Below, piece by piece: positions 13,490-28,059 of a stretch of 64,000 bases of DNA. Each line of letters starts with the position of its first letter. Position 1 is the first letter of the stretch. The notes under the pieces were generated by a model. It saw nothing but the letters and a program-made list of their open reading frames with translations, was not told the DNA's origin and made no database searches. Origin of the DNA: Felis catus (Eukaryota); contig NC_058379.1 of the NCBI RefSeq assembly GCF_018350175.1, positions 94,116,001-94,180,000 of the forward strand, read 5' to 3'. A program made the translations under genes and the position numbers.

Positions 13490-14000
13490 GCTTTCACTTT
13501 TGGGGGCATATGCCCAGAAGGGGAGTCGCTGATTCATATGGTGATTCTATTTGTAATTTTTTGAGGACCCGCTGCCTCACCGTCCACAACAACTGCTCCC
13601 TTTTAAGTTCTGGCCAGCAGTACACCCGAGTTCCAGTTTCTCCACATCCTCACCTGTTGTTTCTGTGTTTCTGATAATAACCGTCATCATGAATGTGNNN
13701 NNNNNNNNNNNNNNNNNNNNNNNNNNNNNNNNNNNNNNNNNNNNNNNNNNNNNNNNNNNNNNNNNNNNNNNNNNNNNNNNNNNNNNNNNNNNNNNNNNNN
13801 NNNNNNNNNNNNNNNNNNNNNNNNNNNNNNNNNNNNNNNNNNNNNNNNNNNNNNNNNNNNNNNNNNNNNNNNNNNNNNNNNNNNNNNNNNNNNNNNCCTT
13901 ATCTGATAGATGACTTGGAAATATTTTCGCCCATTCTGAAGGTTGCCTTTTCATTCTGTTGATAGTATCCTTTGATGGACTTTCTCGGTGCTACGCCCCA
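13490..14000 (-). mobile_element. L1 fragment spanning an assembly gap (N run 13698-13896)
   Basis: Antisense L1 ORF2-like text (KRQPSEWAKIF... in the ORF track). Confidence 0.7.
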
Positions 14001-16074
14001 CTCCTGGCCCTGTACTATAATCTCAAACAACTTAGTGAAGTTTAGGGCCCCATGTGTGAAGTGGCAAGGCAATAATATTTGCCTTGCGTGTGTTATTGTG
14101 GAGCTGAATGAGAAAGTGGAAATAAAAAGTATTAGCCCCTCTTCCAGAAATAGCATTTGGGTATTCCCCTTTCTATAACACTTTTCCTACCCTTCCCAGT
14201 CAGCTGACACACCTTGTCTGTCTCCCAGTTCCGTACCCCTAGAGTACCTGGGAACTTGGAAGTGCTTGCAACCCCAAACACGGGACTAAGCCTTTCTTTT
14301 CCTCTCCCCTAAAGTCATCGAGCTCACTTTCACTCTGGCCCAACACTATCAAGCATCATGGGTGAGCAAAGGTATTACATGATGTGCTTGTCCAAATGCA
14401 GATTGTTGGGGTGGCTCAGTCGGTTGAACATCCGACTCTTGATTTTGCCTCAGGTCATGATCCCAGGGTCATGGGATTGAGCCCTACAACAGGCTGCTCA
14501 AGATTCTCTCTCCCTCTGCCCCCCTCACCTGAACATGGGTTCTCTCTTTCTCTCTCTGTCTCAAACTGAAAAAAAAAAAAAAGTAGATTCTTGGGCTCGG
14601 GAAGGGCACCAAGTGACGTGGATGCTGTGGTTTGAGAACCACGCTAGGATGCGCTGTTTTAACCACCCAGACCCTGAACATCCCACCTCCGGTGACTTCT
14701 GCCTCTGTTCCAGGACAACCACCTATTTCCATGACCACATCAAGGTCTTTGCCACCTGAGCCCCTAACAGCTGGACTTCTAGAATCTTCCTACATACCTT
14801 ACAGGTTCTCTTTCTTGGTGACCGCATGAGCCCTCACATCACACTGCCTCTGCTTTCTTATCATTCCCAACTGAGTGAGGGAACTGGGTCTGAGCCCCCT
14901 CCCTTCTTAGGGAGCTCCCAGGCCTCAGATTCTGGTGGGAGTTTCAGAGGCTCTGTCCCCTCAAGGGTAGTGCCGGGCCGCCTCTACCAGATCTACCTGG
15001 AGAGAACCCCATCACCCACCCAGACCTCCAGCCACCCTCTGAGCTGGGGGCCTGTCTTTGTTTTCTCAGACTCATGTCCCAGTGGCCTGCGGGGCACAGC
15101 AGGTTCCAATTGCCTTGGTCAAGCCGTTCCTGGAAGCTCGGGCTGAAGACCACTCGAGGCCAGGCTGGGCAGCCTCACAGAGGCTCCTTGGAGGAGAGAA
15201 ACACAGGCAGAAGAGAGGCCCGTGGCCTCAGAGACAAGAGCCTCTGCTCTTCTGTGTGTCTAGTTCCAGGCTCCCGTGGGCCAGGCCATGCTCCCTGCCT
15301 GCTGTCTACTGTCTGTAATTAAAAACAAGGAAGGCACAGCCTGCGTGGGGTGTGAGCGTGCACATTAACGCGGCCCTTCAGCTAGGACCGGCTGTTAGCA
15401 CCGGGAGTCCTCCCGGGAATCCGTGCTTCCCAGGGTGCTCCCAAGGCCCACCCCAGCCCAGCTCTGCACAGAATGTCAGAAGTGTCCAGCACCACGCAGC
15501 CCTGCCCTGTGTGAAGGAGCGTCTGGGGAGCCGTTTGCTTCCACAAGGGAACCTGCGCTTGCAGACAAGGAGAATCCGGGCTGGGCCCTCTGGCCAAGCA
15601 GGTTTTCCCTGAGTCCTTAGTGGCTGAGGGAGAACCCGGAGATCACCCAGCATGAGGCCTCTCCACCTCCACATCCTTCAAAGAGAAGCCAGAAGCCGCA
15701 GGACAGGATTCCTCACCTGGCAACCATCCTTGGAGAAGAGACTGAAGCTCAGGGCTTAGCCAGTGCACCTCCGGCCATCCCCCTCTCCCTGGGCCAAGGT
15801 CCCTACCGCAAGGCTTCCTCCTCAATCCCTGAAAGATCCTTAAAAAGACACGAAAAGTGGCAACACGGCCATGCTTTAAAAAAGCTATTAAGTTTATTTA
15901 TTTTGAGAGACAGAGAGAGAGAGAGAACGCGCACACCCGTGTTTGAGTGGGGGAAGGGGCAGAGAGAGGGAGAGGGAGAGAATCCCTGCAGAGCCAGACG
16001 TGGCTCCAACCCACAAACTGTGAGGTCACGACCTGAGCCGGAGCCGGACGTTTAACCGACTGAGCCACAGGCAC

Positions 16075-16830
16075 CCTTAAAAAGGTATTTTAACAGCTTT
16101 ATTGAGATATAATTCACATACCACAAATCCGCCCTTTAAAGCATACAATTCAATGATTTTTACTTTATTCACAGGGTCGTGCACCCATCATCATAACCTA
16201 GTTTTTGACTATTTTGCCCCCCCAAAGAAACCCCTTAACTATTGAGCAGTCTCTCCCTCTACGCTTCCTCCCACAACACCCAGCAACCACCACTCTGCTT
16301 TCCTCCTCTATGGATTCGCCAATTCTGGACGTTTCATGTAACTGGAAGCCAGTCACAATATGTGGAGTTTTGTGACTGGCTTCCCGCTCTTAGCATGAAG
16401 TTCCCAAGTTCACCCACGTCATAGCGCCCCTCAGTGCTTCCTCCCTTCCTTCCTTATGGCTGAGTAACGTTCCACCGAATGGATGGACCACATTTTCTTT
16501 GCATTTGTCTATTGGTGGCCTCCTGGGCTGTTTCCACCCCTTAGCTATTGTTAACGGTGCTGCCGTGAACATCTGTGTCACGTGTATGCTGTCACTTCTC
16601 TCGTGTCTATGTCTGGAGGTCGAACTAAGGCTATATGGCGACTCTATGTGTAGCTTTCCGTGGAGTTGCCAGAAGGTTCTCCATACTGGCTGGGCCATGT
16701 TACATCCCACCAGCAGTGTGTAAGAGCTCTAACTTTGCCACACCCTTGCCAACACTCTCATTGTCTGTCTTTTGATTCTAGCCATCATAGTGGGCGGGAG
16801 GTAGGATCTCATTGCGGTTTTGAAGTGCAT
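16075..16830 (-). mobile_element. L1M 3' region fragment
   Basis: cagctttattgagatataattcacataccac...gtttccaccccttagctattgttaac...gattctagccatcatagtggg is typical antisense L1MB/ME sequence. Confidence 0.8.
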
Positions 16831-18087
16831 TCTCCTGATGAGGCTGGGCCCTGGGACACGGGGGTGACCCAGACAGACACAGCCCCGCCCCACAGAGCTC
16901 TGAGTCCAGAAGGGTACAGACACATAACCAAAACAGGTACCTGCTAAAAACAGGGTCCTGGGGGTCACCATGAAGTGACCCACGAGCCACAATCCAGACA
17001 GGCCAGGAGAGAAATGGGTTATGAGACCTTCCTTCCAGGCTTCAGTAAAATCAGAACAGGGACACAAGTGTTGGCGGTGTGCCAGGACTTGGTCATGTCC
17101 TTAGGTTTAAAGTTGACCGTAGAAATGGCGGAGATTTAAAGAGCTGGCTGTCTGGTGGTTGGGTGGTTATGGGCCCAGGACGGGGGTGCACAAGAGGCCG
17201 CGTGCAGGCTGCGGCTAAGTCACCCAGGGTCTCCGTGATCTCACTAGAGAAGTGACCACATTGCATAAAAACGGAGGAGACCTAAAGGCAGAAGGCAGGA
17301 CAATGGGTGCCAGGGGCTGAGGAGGGGCTGTGCAGGTGCGTGCTGGTGACACAACGTGAGGTGCTCCCTGCCCCTGCACCCTGCACATGGTTATAGGCTA
17401 CGATGATAAATGTCAGGGGCGCCGGGGGGCTCAGCTGGTGAAGCGTCAGACTCTTGATTTCAGCTCGGGTCATGATCTCACGGGTTTTGTGGGTTTGGCC
17501 CCTCGTGGGGCTCTGTTGACAGAGGGGAGTCTGCTGGGGATTCTCTCTCTTCCCCTCCCCTGCTCGCACTCCCTCTCTCAAAGTAAAAAATTAAAGATGG
17601 TAAATTTTATACTGTGTATACTTTGTCATAATAGTAAAAGGATGATGCTCACTCTCTGGCTACCCTCTTCCGTCTCTGACGCAATGAAAGCAAAGCAAAC
17701 CAGTCCCGCGCAGGGGAAGCCGTCAAACTGGACGAGCTACCTTTTCCCTGCACGGGGTCTCCCCTCCCTCCCCCGGAGGTGGGGGCTGACTGCCGGGCTG
17801 GAGCCGCCACCTCCCCAAGCCCTCACCTCCCCGGGCCTCCTCCCAGGACCTGACGCCGGTACCCAGGGTGCCCGGCGCGGACAGCCACGCCCTGCCCAGG
17901 GATTCCCTCCTGGGCCCTTTTCCAGCGTCCGGGGGTCAGGAGTACGAACATCCAGGCTCTTCCAGTATTTGCCTCCGAAGCCCGAGCATCTCTGCAGCCG
18001 CCGCCGTCATCGCTGCCGGGATCTGCGTGGGTGAGGTGCGGCCCATCCGCCACAGCCACCTTCCCCCCCTCGCCCCCCCACCCCCGT

Positions 18088-18285
18088 CCCACCTGGACCA
18101 CCTGCCACCCCCCCCACCCACCTGGACCACCTGCCCCCAACCCCGACCCACCTGGACCACCTGCCCCCCCCCTCCCCACGACCCACCTGGACCACCTGCC
18201 CCCACCCCGACCCACCTGGACCACCTGCCCCCCTCCCCCCCACGACCCACCTGGACCACCGGGACGCCGACCCACCTGGACCACC
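18088..18285. repeat. C-rich minisatellite, 7 copies of the core cccacctggaccacc (period 25-35 bp), ending 13 nt before the HSBP1L1 ATG
   Basis: Cores at 18088, 18117, 18147, 18182, 18211, 18246 and 18271. Confidence 0.92.
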
Positions 18286-18298
18286 CGGATCACCCGAC

Positions 18299-18349
18299 AT
18301 GGACGCGCGGAGCCCCAAAGCCCCGGGCGGGGACGCGCTGCGGGACGCG
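18299..18349 (+). CDS. HSBP1L1: HSBP1L1 coding exon 1 (heat shock factor-binding protein 1-like 1)
   Basis: MDARSPKAPGGDALRDA, followed by the donor GCG|GTGAGT. Confidence 0.93.
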
Positions 18350-19185
18350 GTGAGTGGGGCCCCCCTCCCCTCTTCCGCGTCCCTCCTCACCCTCCTCACC
18401 GTCTGGGCGCCGCACCTCCTCCCGGACTGTGCGTCCCCCACCCCCCCATGGGGCGCAAACCCTTCGCGCCACCCCCCTTCCCGCTTCCGGTTCGCCGGGA
18501 GGAGCTCCCGGAGCAGGAGCGCCAGGCTGCGGGTCAGGGAGCGACTTCAAACGCTAGTCTGTCTTTTGAAAAGAATTTGTTAGACGTTATACATACTTGA
18601 GGCTACATTTTCTTGACAAAAGTGAAACAGAAACACCAAACCCTCTGAAGGGAAACTGCTCCCGATAGAGGCCGCAGCACCTTCATACGCACGTGCGGGT
18701 TGCGCACTGATACCCGTCTCTGTATTCTCATCTCCAAAATGGGGACAGAGACAGGTGCGGGGAGGCAATTATCCCTGGTTCCAGATTTCACTTGGTAAGC
18801 CACAAGGAGGCAATATGCAAATATGGCTTGTTGCGTATGGCCTGGTCGACAAATCCTGCCATCCCACCCCAGCTGGTAACTACCCAGAGTGCAGGGGAGA
18901 CGTGAGGCCCACGTGTGCTCTGGATGGCTGGTTCAGCTCTACTTAGGAATTCTTTGAGGGACTCAAGGTTATTAAGGCATTCTCCTATACTTTCTCTCGG
19001 ACATTTGATAGTTTCAGTGCTTACATTCAGGTGTATGATGATTTGGAGTTAATTTTGGGGTATGGTGTGAAGTACCTCTGCTTATTTAGTTAGTTATGTG
19101 TTTGGCTGTCTCATTGTCCCAGCACTGTTTTCAAAAGATTTTCCTTCGCCTTTGAATAGAAAGCTCTGGGCACCTTGTCCAAAAT

Positions 19186-20490
<1,305 letters not shown>

Positions 20491-20699
20491 TAAATACGTT
20501 TGTCTTTTGCATATCTTTTGATTGCTTTCATCTTGAAAAATACAATCCCGTATTTGTTCACTGTGGGGATTATTGCCTCTGTACTTCATGGAAAATCTTC
20601 AGGAATAATAAGACATTTACAAATGCTCTTTTCTAAATAGACTAAGAGAAACACTCCTTGTCATAGTTCCTTAAAAAGTGTACAGTTTATTTATTTAAA

Positions 20700-20904
20700 A
20701 TTTTTTTTTTAATGTTTATGTATTCTTGAGAGATAGAGACAGAGCACAAGCAGGGGAGGGGCAAAGAAAGACACAGAACCTGAAGCAGGCTCCAGGCTCG
20801 GAGCCATCAGCACAGAGCCCAACGCAGGGCTCGAACCCACAGACTGCAAGATCATGACCTGAGCCGAAGTCGGACACCCAACTGACTGAGTCACCCAGGC
20901 GCCC
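20700..20904 (-). mobile_element. CAN-SINE in HSBP1L1 intron 3
   Basis: Reverse-complement SINE head ends at ...caggcgcccc. Confidence 0.9.
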
Positions 20905-21373
20905 CAAAAAGTGTACAGTTTAAATGACAAGCTCTACTATTTAAAAAATGGATGTTATTAAAGTGCTTTTCACAACCACCCCTCAAACTAGTCTTCTATC
21001 AAAACACAAATCATGATGAATTGGAGACTGGGGATTATAACGTAGTTTCTGTTTCAGACAATATATTTGTATAACCATTTGAAGAAGACATACGGGCATT
21101 AAGCCCTCAACCCGTTTCTCAGTGGTTCATGGGCCGTCCATCCTGGCCTCCCACAATGCAAACCTTTCCAGTGGAATGTTGCATTTAATCTTGAAGATGC
21201 AAGTAAACGCTTGGCTTCAGGTCTCAGACTGGATCTGTATCCATGTGCTATATGTGGAGGTTCACAACTTCATTAAGATACTTATGTCTATTTTATTCTG
21301 ATAGATAAGAATAATAGATTATTCTCATTGAACGATTAGGTGTCTTGGTTTCCCTTGTTTTACTGTCTCTTTT

Positions 21374-21598
21374 TTTTTTTTTTTAATTTTTTTTTCAATG
21401 TTTATTTATTTTTGGGACAGAGAGAGACAGAGCACGAACGGGGGAGGGCCAGAGAGAGAGGGAGACACAGAATCGGAAACAGGCTCCAGGCTCTGAGCCA
21501 TCAGCCCAGAGCCCGACGCGGGGCTCGAACTCACGGACCGCGAGATCGTGACCTGGCTGAAGTCGGACGCTTAACCGACTGCGCCACCCAGGCGCCCC
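21374..21598 (-). mobile_element. Young felid SINEC_Fc with intact TSD
   Basis: TSD tactgtctctttt at 21361-21373 and 21599-21611. CpGs are retained. Confidence 0.93.
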
Positions 21599-22625
21599 TA
21601 CTGTCTCTTTTATAATTATCCTAAGTCAGCTGGCAAATGATCCCCACTTAATCCTGCTAAATCAGGGCCAGTTCACCTATCAGCGACTTACAAATACCCA
21701 CATCTGGTATCCTGGTAACAAAGGTAACCTGCGTCCTGCTGCCACCATAAAACGCTGCAGAGGACGCTCTGTCTCTGAGGTGAAGACATAGCTTCAATCA
21801 GGCTCCCTCGACTGAGGCGGGCGAGCAAGCCCTCCCCCGCCCCCCTGCAGGGCTGACTGAGTGAGAAGAGGAGAGCCTCAGGGCAGGAAGCCCCGTGCCC
21901 AGAAGAGATCTGGCATACCGCAGGCATGGGATGGCAGCCAGGTGACCAGGCCCCTGCCCTCCATCACTCAGATCTAGCTGCTGTTTTAAATTTGGTCGAA
22001 ACCACTAAATATTAGGCATCTAGTTAAATGATCAAGTAGGTGTGGAAACCTCACTACGTGATGTGCACGCAGCCTGAGAGAAGGTCAGATCTCCAAGTGT
22101 GTTTAAAAGTGGTACTGCCTTCTAAATGAAAAGACCTAAACAAACTGAGATGTTTGCACAAATCTGTACTTGTTGGTTGTGCTTGGTCGCACTAGGTCAG
22201 GGTTAACACGGGGCTGGCTTGTGCTGTAAATCTCAGGGATTGTGCACACCCCTCAAACCTGTGTTCCAGTTGTGGGGAACCCAAGATGTTAAAAACTACT
22301 GTTCTATATCCCGATAGATCTGGTACTTTGTCGGTCTCCCCATTAAATGACGTTGTAACACCTTTCCTGCAATTACTTAGGCACAGATAGGCGGTGAGTG
22401 TGTGGGTGGAGGGAGCAGGGCGCTTCCCTCTGGGGTACTGTGTGCTCAGTCACCGCGGTGGTGGAATACTGATGCAGGAGTCACGTTTAGGTAAGAGAAC
22501 GTGCCGTTTATTCACCTGCAGTTGTGAATCCACACTGACTCCATCTGTCAAACATGAAAAATTTGTGGTTTTCTATACACTCAATTTTTCCTATCCACAA
22601 AATGTTTTAATAATTAAGGGAAATT

Positions 22626-22850
22626 GGGGCACCTGGGTGGCTCAGTCAGTTGAGCCCCTGACTTCGGCTCAGGTCATGATCTCACAGTTTGTTAGTTTGA
22701 GCCCCATGCGGGTCTCTGTGCTGACAGCTAGAGCCTGGAGCCTGCTTCGGATTCTGTGTCTCCCTCTCTCTCTGCCTCTCCCCTACTTGTGCTCTCTCTG
22801 TCTCTCTCTCTCAAAAATAAATAAACATTAAAAATTTTTTTAAAAAAATT
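22626..22850 (+). mobile_element. CAN-SINE just upstream of the last HSBP1L1 exon
   Basis: Canonical head, (CT)n and A tail. Confidence 0.9.
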
Positions 22851-22957
22851 ACAGGAAATTAAGGTATTTTATTGAAAGCTTTGGATTCCAGGTTATTTAA
22901 CTGTGCATTAATTGGTATATAAATCAACCATTACCTCTTTCAAATTTTTCCTTACAG

Positions 22958-22963
22958 ACCTGA
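22958..22963 (+). CDS. HSBP1L1: HSBP1L1 terminal coding exon (Thr-stop), giving a 72-aa protein
   Basis: Acceptor tttttccttacag|ACC TGA followed by an AT-rich UTR with a candidate ATTAAA at 23075-23080. Confidence 0.75.
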   Translation, partial: T

Positions 22964-24105
22964 AGACTTGAAAATATGATAAAGTCAAAGTTGTACTTTT
23001 TGAATGACAATTTGCATAGCATGTGTTCTGGTTTTTACTATTTAATTGAAAAATTCATTTTAATGAAGTGAAAGATTAAAAGAACAATGCAATAAGAACA
23101 TAGTTTAGAAGGCGATTAACCACTTGACCCAGATGGTTCTAAAATGGCAGAACATCTTTCAACGCATACCTAGTATTTACAAGTCATGGGAGGGAAGCAT
23201 AAGCTATATCAGGTCAGCTCTTTTTCCTGAATTAAGTTCTAGATAGATCTTTTTACAAAAATCATAAGCTGTTTTGTGATTGAGATTTCTTTTTCAATAC
23301 GTGCATTCCAACTCAGCTTTCCCAGTCCTATGGTTCTCTGTCTAGTCCAAACACATTCTGATAGCAAAGTTCTCCAAACCAAACAAAACCCAGGAAAACA
23401 GCCCGCCTCGTCCCAGGTCACCCTTGCCCACTCTGCTCCTAAGGAGGTGTCACCGAGAAGAAGCACAAAGATCACAGTTCAGCTTATTTTGTAGGTTATA
23501 TAGAGACGTTTTCAAATAATTATCCAATTTGCCTCTCTGAGCCAAAGTAAAGCAGAACAGGGTCGGTAATAGGCTCTCATTGTAAAAATACCACGATTCC
23601 TGCATATGAGATAGATTTTATTCTTCATACAAAAGTCAAAAACACCCATAATTCTACAGTTTAAATTGAATTAGCCACTGTAAACATTTTTCTGTACGTA
23701 CAATTCTATATATGGTTGATGATGTTGTTTATAATCTCATATCCTGTTCTCTTCATATCATAAACATTTTTCCATCTGAAAATTTCACACACTTCTTATA
23801 TTTTTTTTTTTATGGCTGACTACTATTCTATCATATGGATGTAATAATTTAACCATTTCCTTGACTGTTCCTTGGACATTGACGGTATTTCCCACCATCT
23901 TGCTACTATAAATAATGCTGTAAGGAACACTGTTACCGTGAATTCTCTGCATGTTTCATTAGGGTCAGAAGTGTGACTGAAGACCGAGTACATTAGTCAA
24001 ATGCATTTAAGAAATGAAGCATCATTTTATACTCCCAAGAGTGGTGTATGTCTTTCCTTTTTTAATCCAAAGTTTTAAAATGGCATCATTTAAATTCAGT
24101 ATTCT

Positions 24106-25790
24106 GAGGCGCCTGGGTGGCTGTTGGTTAAGCGTCCGACTTCAGCTCAGGTCATGATCTCACGGTTCGTGGGTTTGAGCCCCACGTCGGGCTCTGTGCT
24201 GACAGCTCAGAGCCTGGAGCCCATTTCAGATTCTATGTCTCCTTCTCTCTCTGCCCCTCCCCACTCGCGCTCTGTCTCCCTCTGTCTCAAAAATAAACAT
24301 TTAAAAAAAATTTTTAATTGAGTATTCTTGGGGACTTAAGATCATGATAGTTCTATTGGATTATGTGAAAAATCTCAAAGCATTTTAGCTGCTATTATAA
24401 TTTTAGCAGAAACTAAAGTAGATATTTGAATTGAAGTAAACCAAACAGATTTGAGTCCTCATTAATAACATAGATCACAATTCAAAATCCAGGATTTTTA
24501 AGAGATTAAAGTAGGTAGAAAAGAAAACTTCTATTAGTTATTAACTAAATAAAAACACTAGGGGCACCTGACTGGCTCAGTTGGTAAAGCGTGTGACTCT
24601 TGACCTCGAGGTCGTGAGTTCAAGCTCTACATTGGGCATGGAGCCTACTTAAAAAATAAAATAAAAACAGTAATACTGTCCAAAAAATACTAACTTCTTT
24701 GTGGATCCTCTTTAACAGTCTGACATTAAACATCTCAATGATTCATTCAAACCTTTAGAGAGATTATTTGACATTTTAGAATATCATACCTGTTTCAACA
24801 TGTTCCTAACATTTTTATAAAGGATTGCTATTCTCCAGCACCCTGTTACATATATTTAAAAGAAATCAAATGCTTCCATAAGGAAAAAGGGGGACGTAGC
24901 ACATAGGTTTACACGTGCTTAACCATGCTTATTCCAATCTAAACTTGATTGATACGGAACTTCAGTAGCAAGCAGTTTATTCATAGAATACTTAAGTGAA
25001 ATGTTGCGAATTCAGTATCAAATGCTATATTCATATACTTGCAATTTAAAACTCATTTAACACAAAATTTTTGAACTTATGAGAACACCAAGCTTAATAA
25101 CAAAGGGCTAACTTTGTAAGGCAGCATTTCCGGATGCAATTGTCTGAAGGTTTAATTCTCACATTTAATTTCCTTTTTGTTTTTTAAAGTTTATTTACTT
25201 ATTTTTGAGAGAGAGAAAGCACAAGTGGGGGAGGGGCAGAGAGGGAGGAAGAGAGACAATCCCAAGCAGGCTCTCTGCTGTCAGCACTGAGGTGGATTCA
25301 GGGCTCAAACACACAAACCATGTGATCCTGACCTGAACCAAAGTCAGAAGCTGAACTCACCGAGCCACCCAGGCGCCCCTACTTTCCTTTCTTTACAACT
25401 ATGGTCTCTTGCCTGACCTATCACCATAGACTTTTTTAAAATATATTTTTAAAATTTTTATTTATTTTTGAGAGATAGAGCAGAGTCGGGGAGGGGCAGA
25501 GAGAGGGAAACACAGAATCTGAAGCAGGCTCCAGGCTCTGAGCTGTCAGCACAGAGCCGGATGCGGGGCCTGACCCCACGAACTGTGAGATCATGACCTG
25601 AGCTGAAGTTGGACGCTTAACCGACTGAGCTACCCAGGCGCCCCTAAATATTTTTTAAAATGTTTATATTTGAGAGAGAGCACAGAAGGGGGGGAGAGAG
25701 AGGGACTCAGAGGATCTGAAAAAGGCTCTGTCTCTCTCAAAAATAAACAAACATTAAAAACATTTAAAAAAAAGAAAAGAAAAGAAAAGA
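24106..25790. mobile_element. Cluster of CAN-SINEs (about 24106-24315 +, 24561-24668 +, 25170-25379 -, 25435-25645 -, 25650-25790 fragments)
   Basis: Repeated SINE head and tail motifs. Confidence 0.8.
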
Positions 25791-26859
25791 AACCTGGTGA
25801 GGCCACGAACACATCCTATATTTTAACTGAGCAGCTTGAGAAACGACATTTAGGGTGCAGATTTTAGAAATATCAGTGGTGTGGTTTTAGAGTAGTTGTA
25901 GCTTTGATTTTGTCAGTGCTCTGAGCAACTCCTCTCTCCTCTGCATAGGATCAGAAGTTAGAAAAAGGCAGTCTAGGGACCCACACGTAACAATCTACCG
26001 CAAACACACAAGGTTGCTGGTTGTTTTAATGTTTCGGATCTTTGTTTTGAATGTCTGAGGACTGTATGTAAATGACATCATACCATAGTATCCTGCACCC
26101 AGCTTCTCCAGTCAGTAGTTTCAAATTCATCTATGTTGATGTTGATATTTTAGTCACTAACTGCTGTGTAATAGCCTTCTGAATCGTTTTGCACTGGACT
26201 AATACTGTTTCCAAATTATACTGCAATAAACACTTTTGCGTATCTCCTCTGTGTCAGTTTCCCTGGGGTACTTGATTACTTACTGGGTCCCTGAATATAT
26301 TCTGTACCTTCTAGGCTTGTTGACACAGAGTGTCAGCTGCCACGACTAATTCCTGGACTTTGCACAAAAACCATCCTGGGGAGGATGGGAAACAGAAATC
26401 ATTCAGATTCAGAGAACCAAGGGTACTGGTATACTTTCTGCACTAGCTAATTTCAACTTGAATAAAACAACCTGGTGCAGTGATGAGGCACGTTTCGGTA
26501 GCCATGCAGATCTAGGTTTGAATTCATGCCCTGTGTAAGGAGTTGTAACTTTGGGCAACCTAAGCTTTAATTTCCTTCTCTACAAACTATCCACCTCACA
26601 GGTGGTTTGCAAATGGTTTGCAAATCACTTAGCTCTGGGCAAGGTAAACAGTAGGTACATAATGATAAGATATAAACTTGGAATGAAGAGGCCAAACTAT
26701 TATAAATTCAACTATATTGCAGTCACAAAGCACTTCCAGTGAAAAAGATAGTTATTAAAGTCAAATGTGAATGAACTTATTACAACTTATAAATACAAGT
26801 TTACAGCAAGTACAGAGTAAGTTTACAAATGTGGAGTGTAATTTTTTTGCTTATTTTTT

Positions 26860-27700
26860 TGTTAATAGCAATAAAGCTTTATCAATAAGACATAATTCAC
26901 ACGTTATGCAATTCACCCAGTCAACACACACACACTTCATTGGTTTTGCTATATTCACAGATGTGTACAACCATCACAGTTGTAGAACGCTTTCGTCATC
27001 TCAAGAAGAAACCCCATTCCCATTAGCTACCACCGCACCCCCTCCCCTCCTCCTAGTCTCAAGCAACCACTAATCTACTTTCTGTCCCTACACCTAGTCT
27101 GGATATTTCCTATGAATGGAAGCACACAATACGTAGCATCTAGCCTCTTTCCCTTACCCTGACGTTTTCAGGGTTCGCCATGTTGTAGCCCACATCAGTA
27201 GTTTACTTGTGACCAACTAATACTCCATTGCATGGCTGTGCCATATTTTGTCTATCCGTTCTTCAGTTGATGGCCACACAAGCTGTTTCCCCATTTTGGC
27301 GATCATGAATAACGCTGCCACCAATGTTCTGTCCAAGGTCCTGTGTGGACATACGTGTTCGTTCTCTTGGGCATATAGGCAAGACTGATATTTCTGGGTC
27401 AAATGGTAATTCCCGATTTTATTGGGGAACTGTCAAACTGGTTTCCAAAGTGGCTGCAGCGTTCCACCTCTCCACCAGCAGTGCACGAGGGCCCCAAAGC
27501 CTCCATGTCCTTGACCTTGAATCTACTCGTCCTTGACCACACATGTAGTAATCTGACCCTTTGAATCTACTCACAGCCATCCTAGTGGGCGTGAAGTGGC
27601 ATCTCCTGGCTTTGATTTGCATTTCCTTGATAAGTAATGACAGCGAGCTCTTCCTAGGATTGTTGGCTGTTCTATCTTGGATACACGTCCGAAGTGGAAT
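26860..27700 (-). mobile_element. L1MB-like 3' fragment
   Basis: gctttatcaataagacataattcac...aagcaaccactaatctactttctgtc...cagccatcctagtgggcgtgaagtggcatctc. Confidence 0.8.
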
Positions 27701-27839
27701 ACTGTCTATTATGTCAGGTACTTGGGGTCGTGCTGGTGTTCCCACTAGCCCCTCGTTTGATATGGGATCATACGCCCTATTCTGCAAACGGGCAAGTTTA
27801 GGCTGGAGGAATGAAGCTGAGGATTTGCATTTGAGTTTT

Positions 27840-28059
27840 TTTATTTTTTATTTTTTCAACGTTTATTTATTTTTGGGACAGAGAGAGACAGAGCACGAAT
27901 GGGGGAGGGGCAGAGAGAGAGGGAGACACAGAATCGGAAACAGGCTCCAGGCTCCGAGCCATCAGCCCAGAGCCCGACGCGGGGCTCGAACTCACGGACC
28001 GCGAGATCGTGACCTGGCTGAAGTCGGACGCTTAACCGACTGCGCCACCCAGGCGCCCC
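27840..28059 (-). mobile_element. Young felid SINEC_Fc with intact TSD
   Basis: TSD tgcatttgagtttt at 27826-27839 and 28060-28073. It is nearly identical to the copies at 21.4 kb and 46.2 kb. Confidence 0.93.

Larger units (their letters stand above)
17650..18560. promoter_or_regulatory. CpG island / HSBP1L1 promoter and exon 1
   Basis: GC/CpG-rich block surrounding the HSBP1L1 ATG. Confidence 0.85.

Noticed and set aside
13698-13896. ORFs with X-runs here and at 47366, 52467, 53754 and 55098
   Set aside because: They are artefacts of N gaps inside repeats.
17823-18600. Long ORFs across the HSBP1L1 promoter repeat
   Set aside because: They are translations of the minisatellite and are not in frame with the HSBP1L1 ATG.
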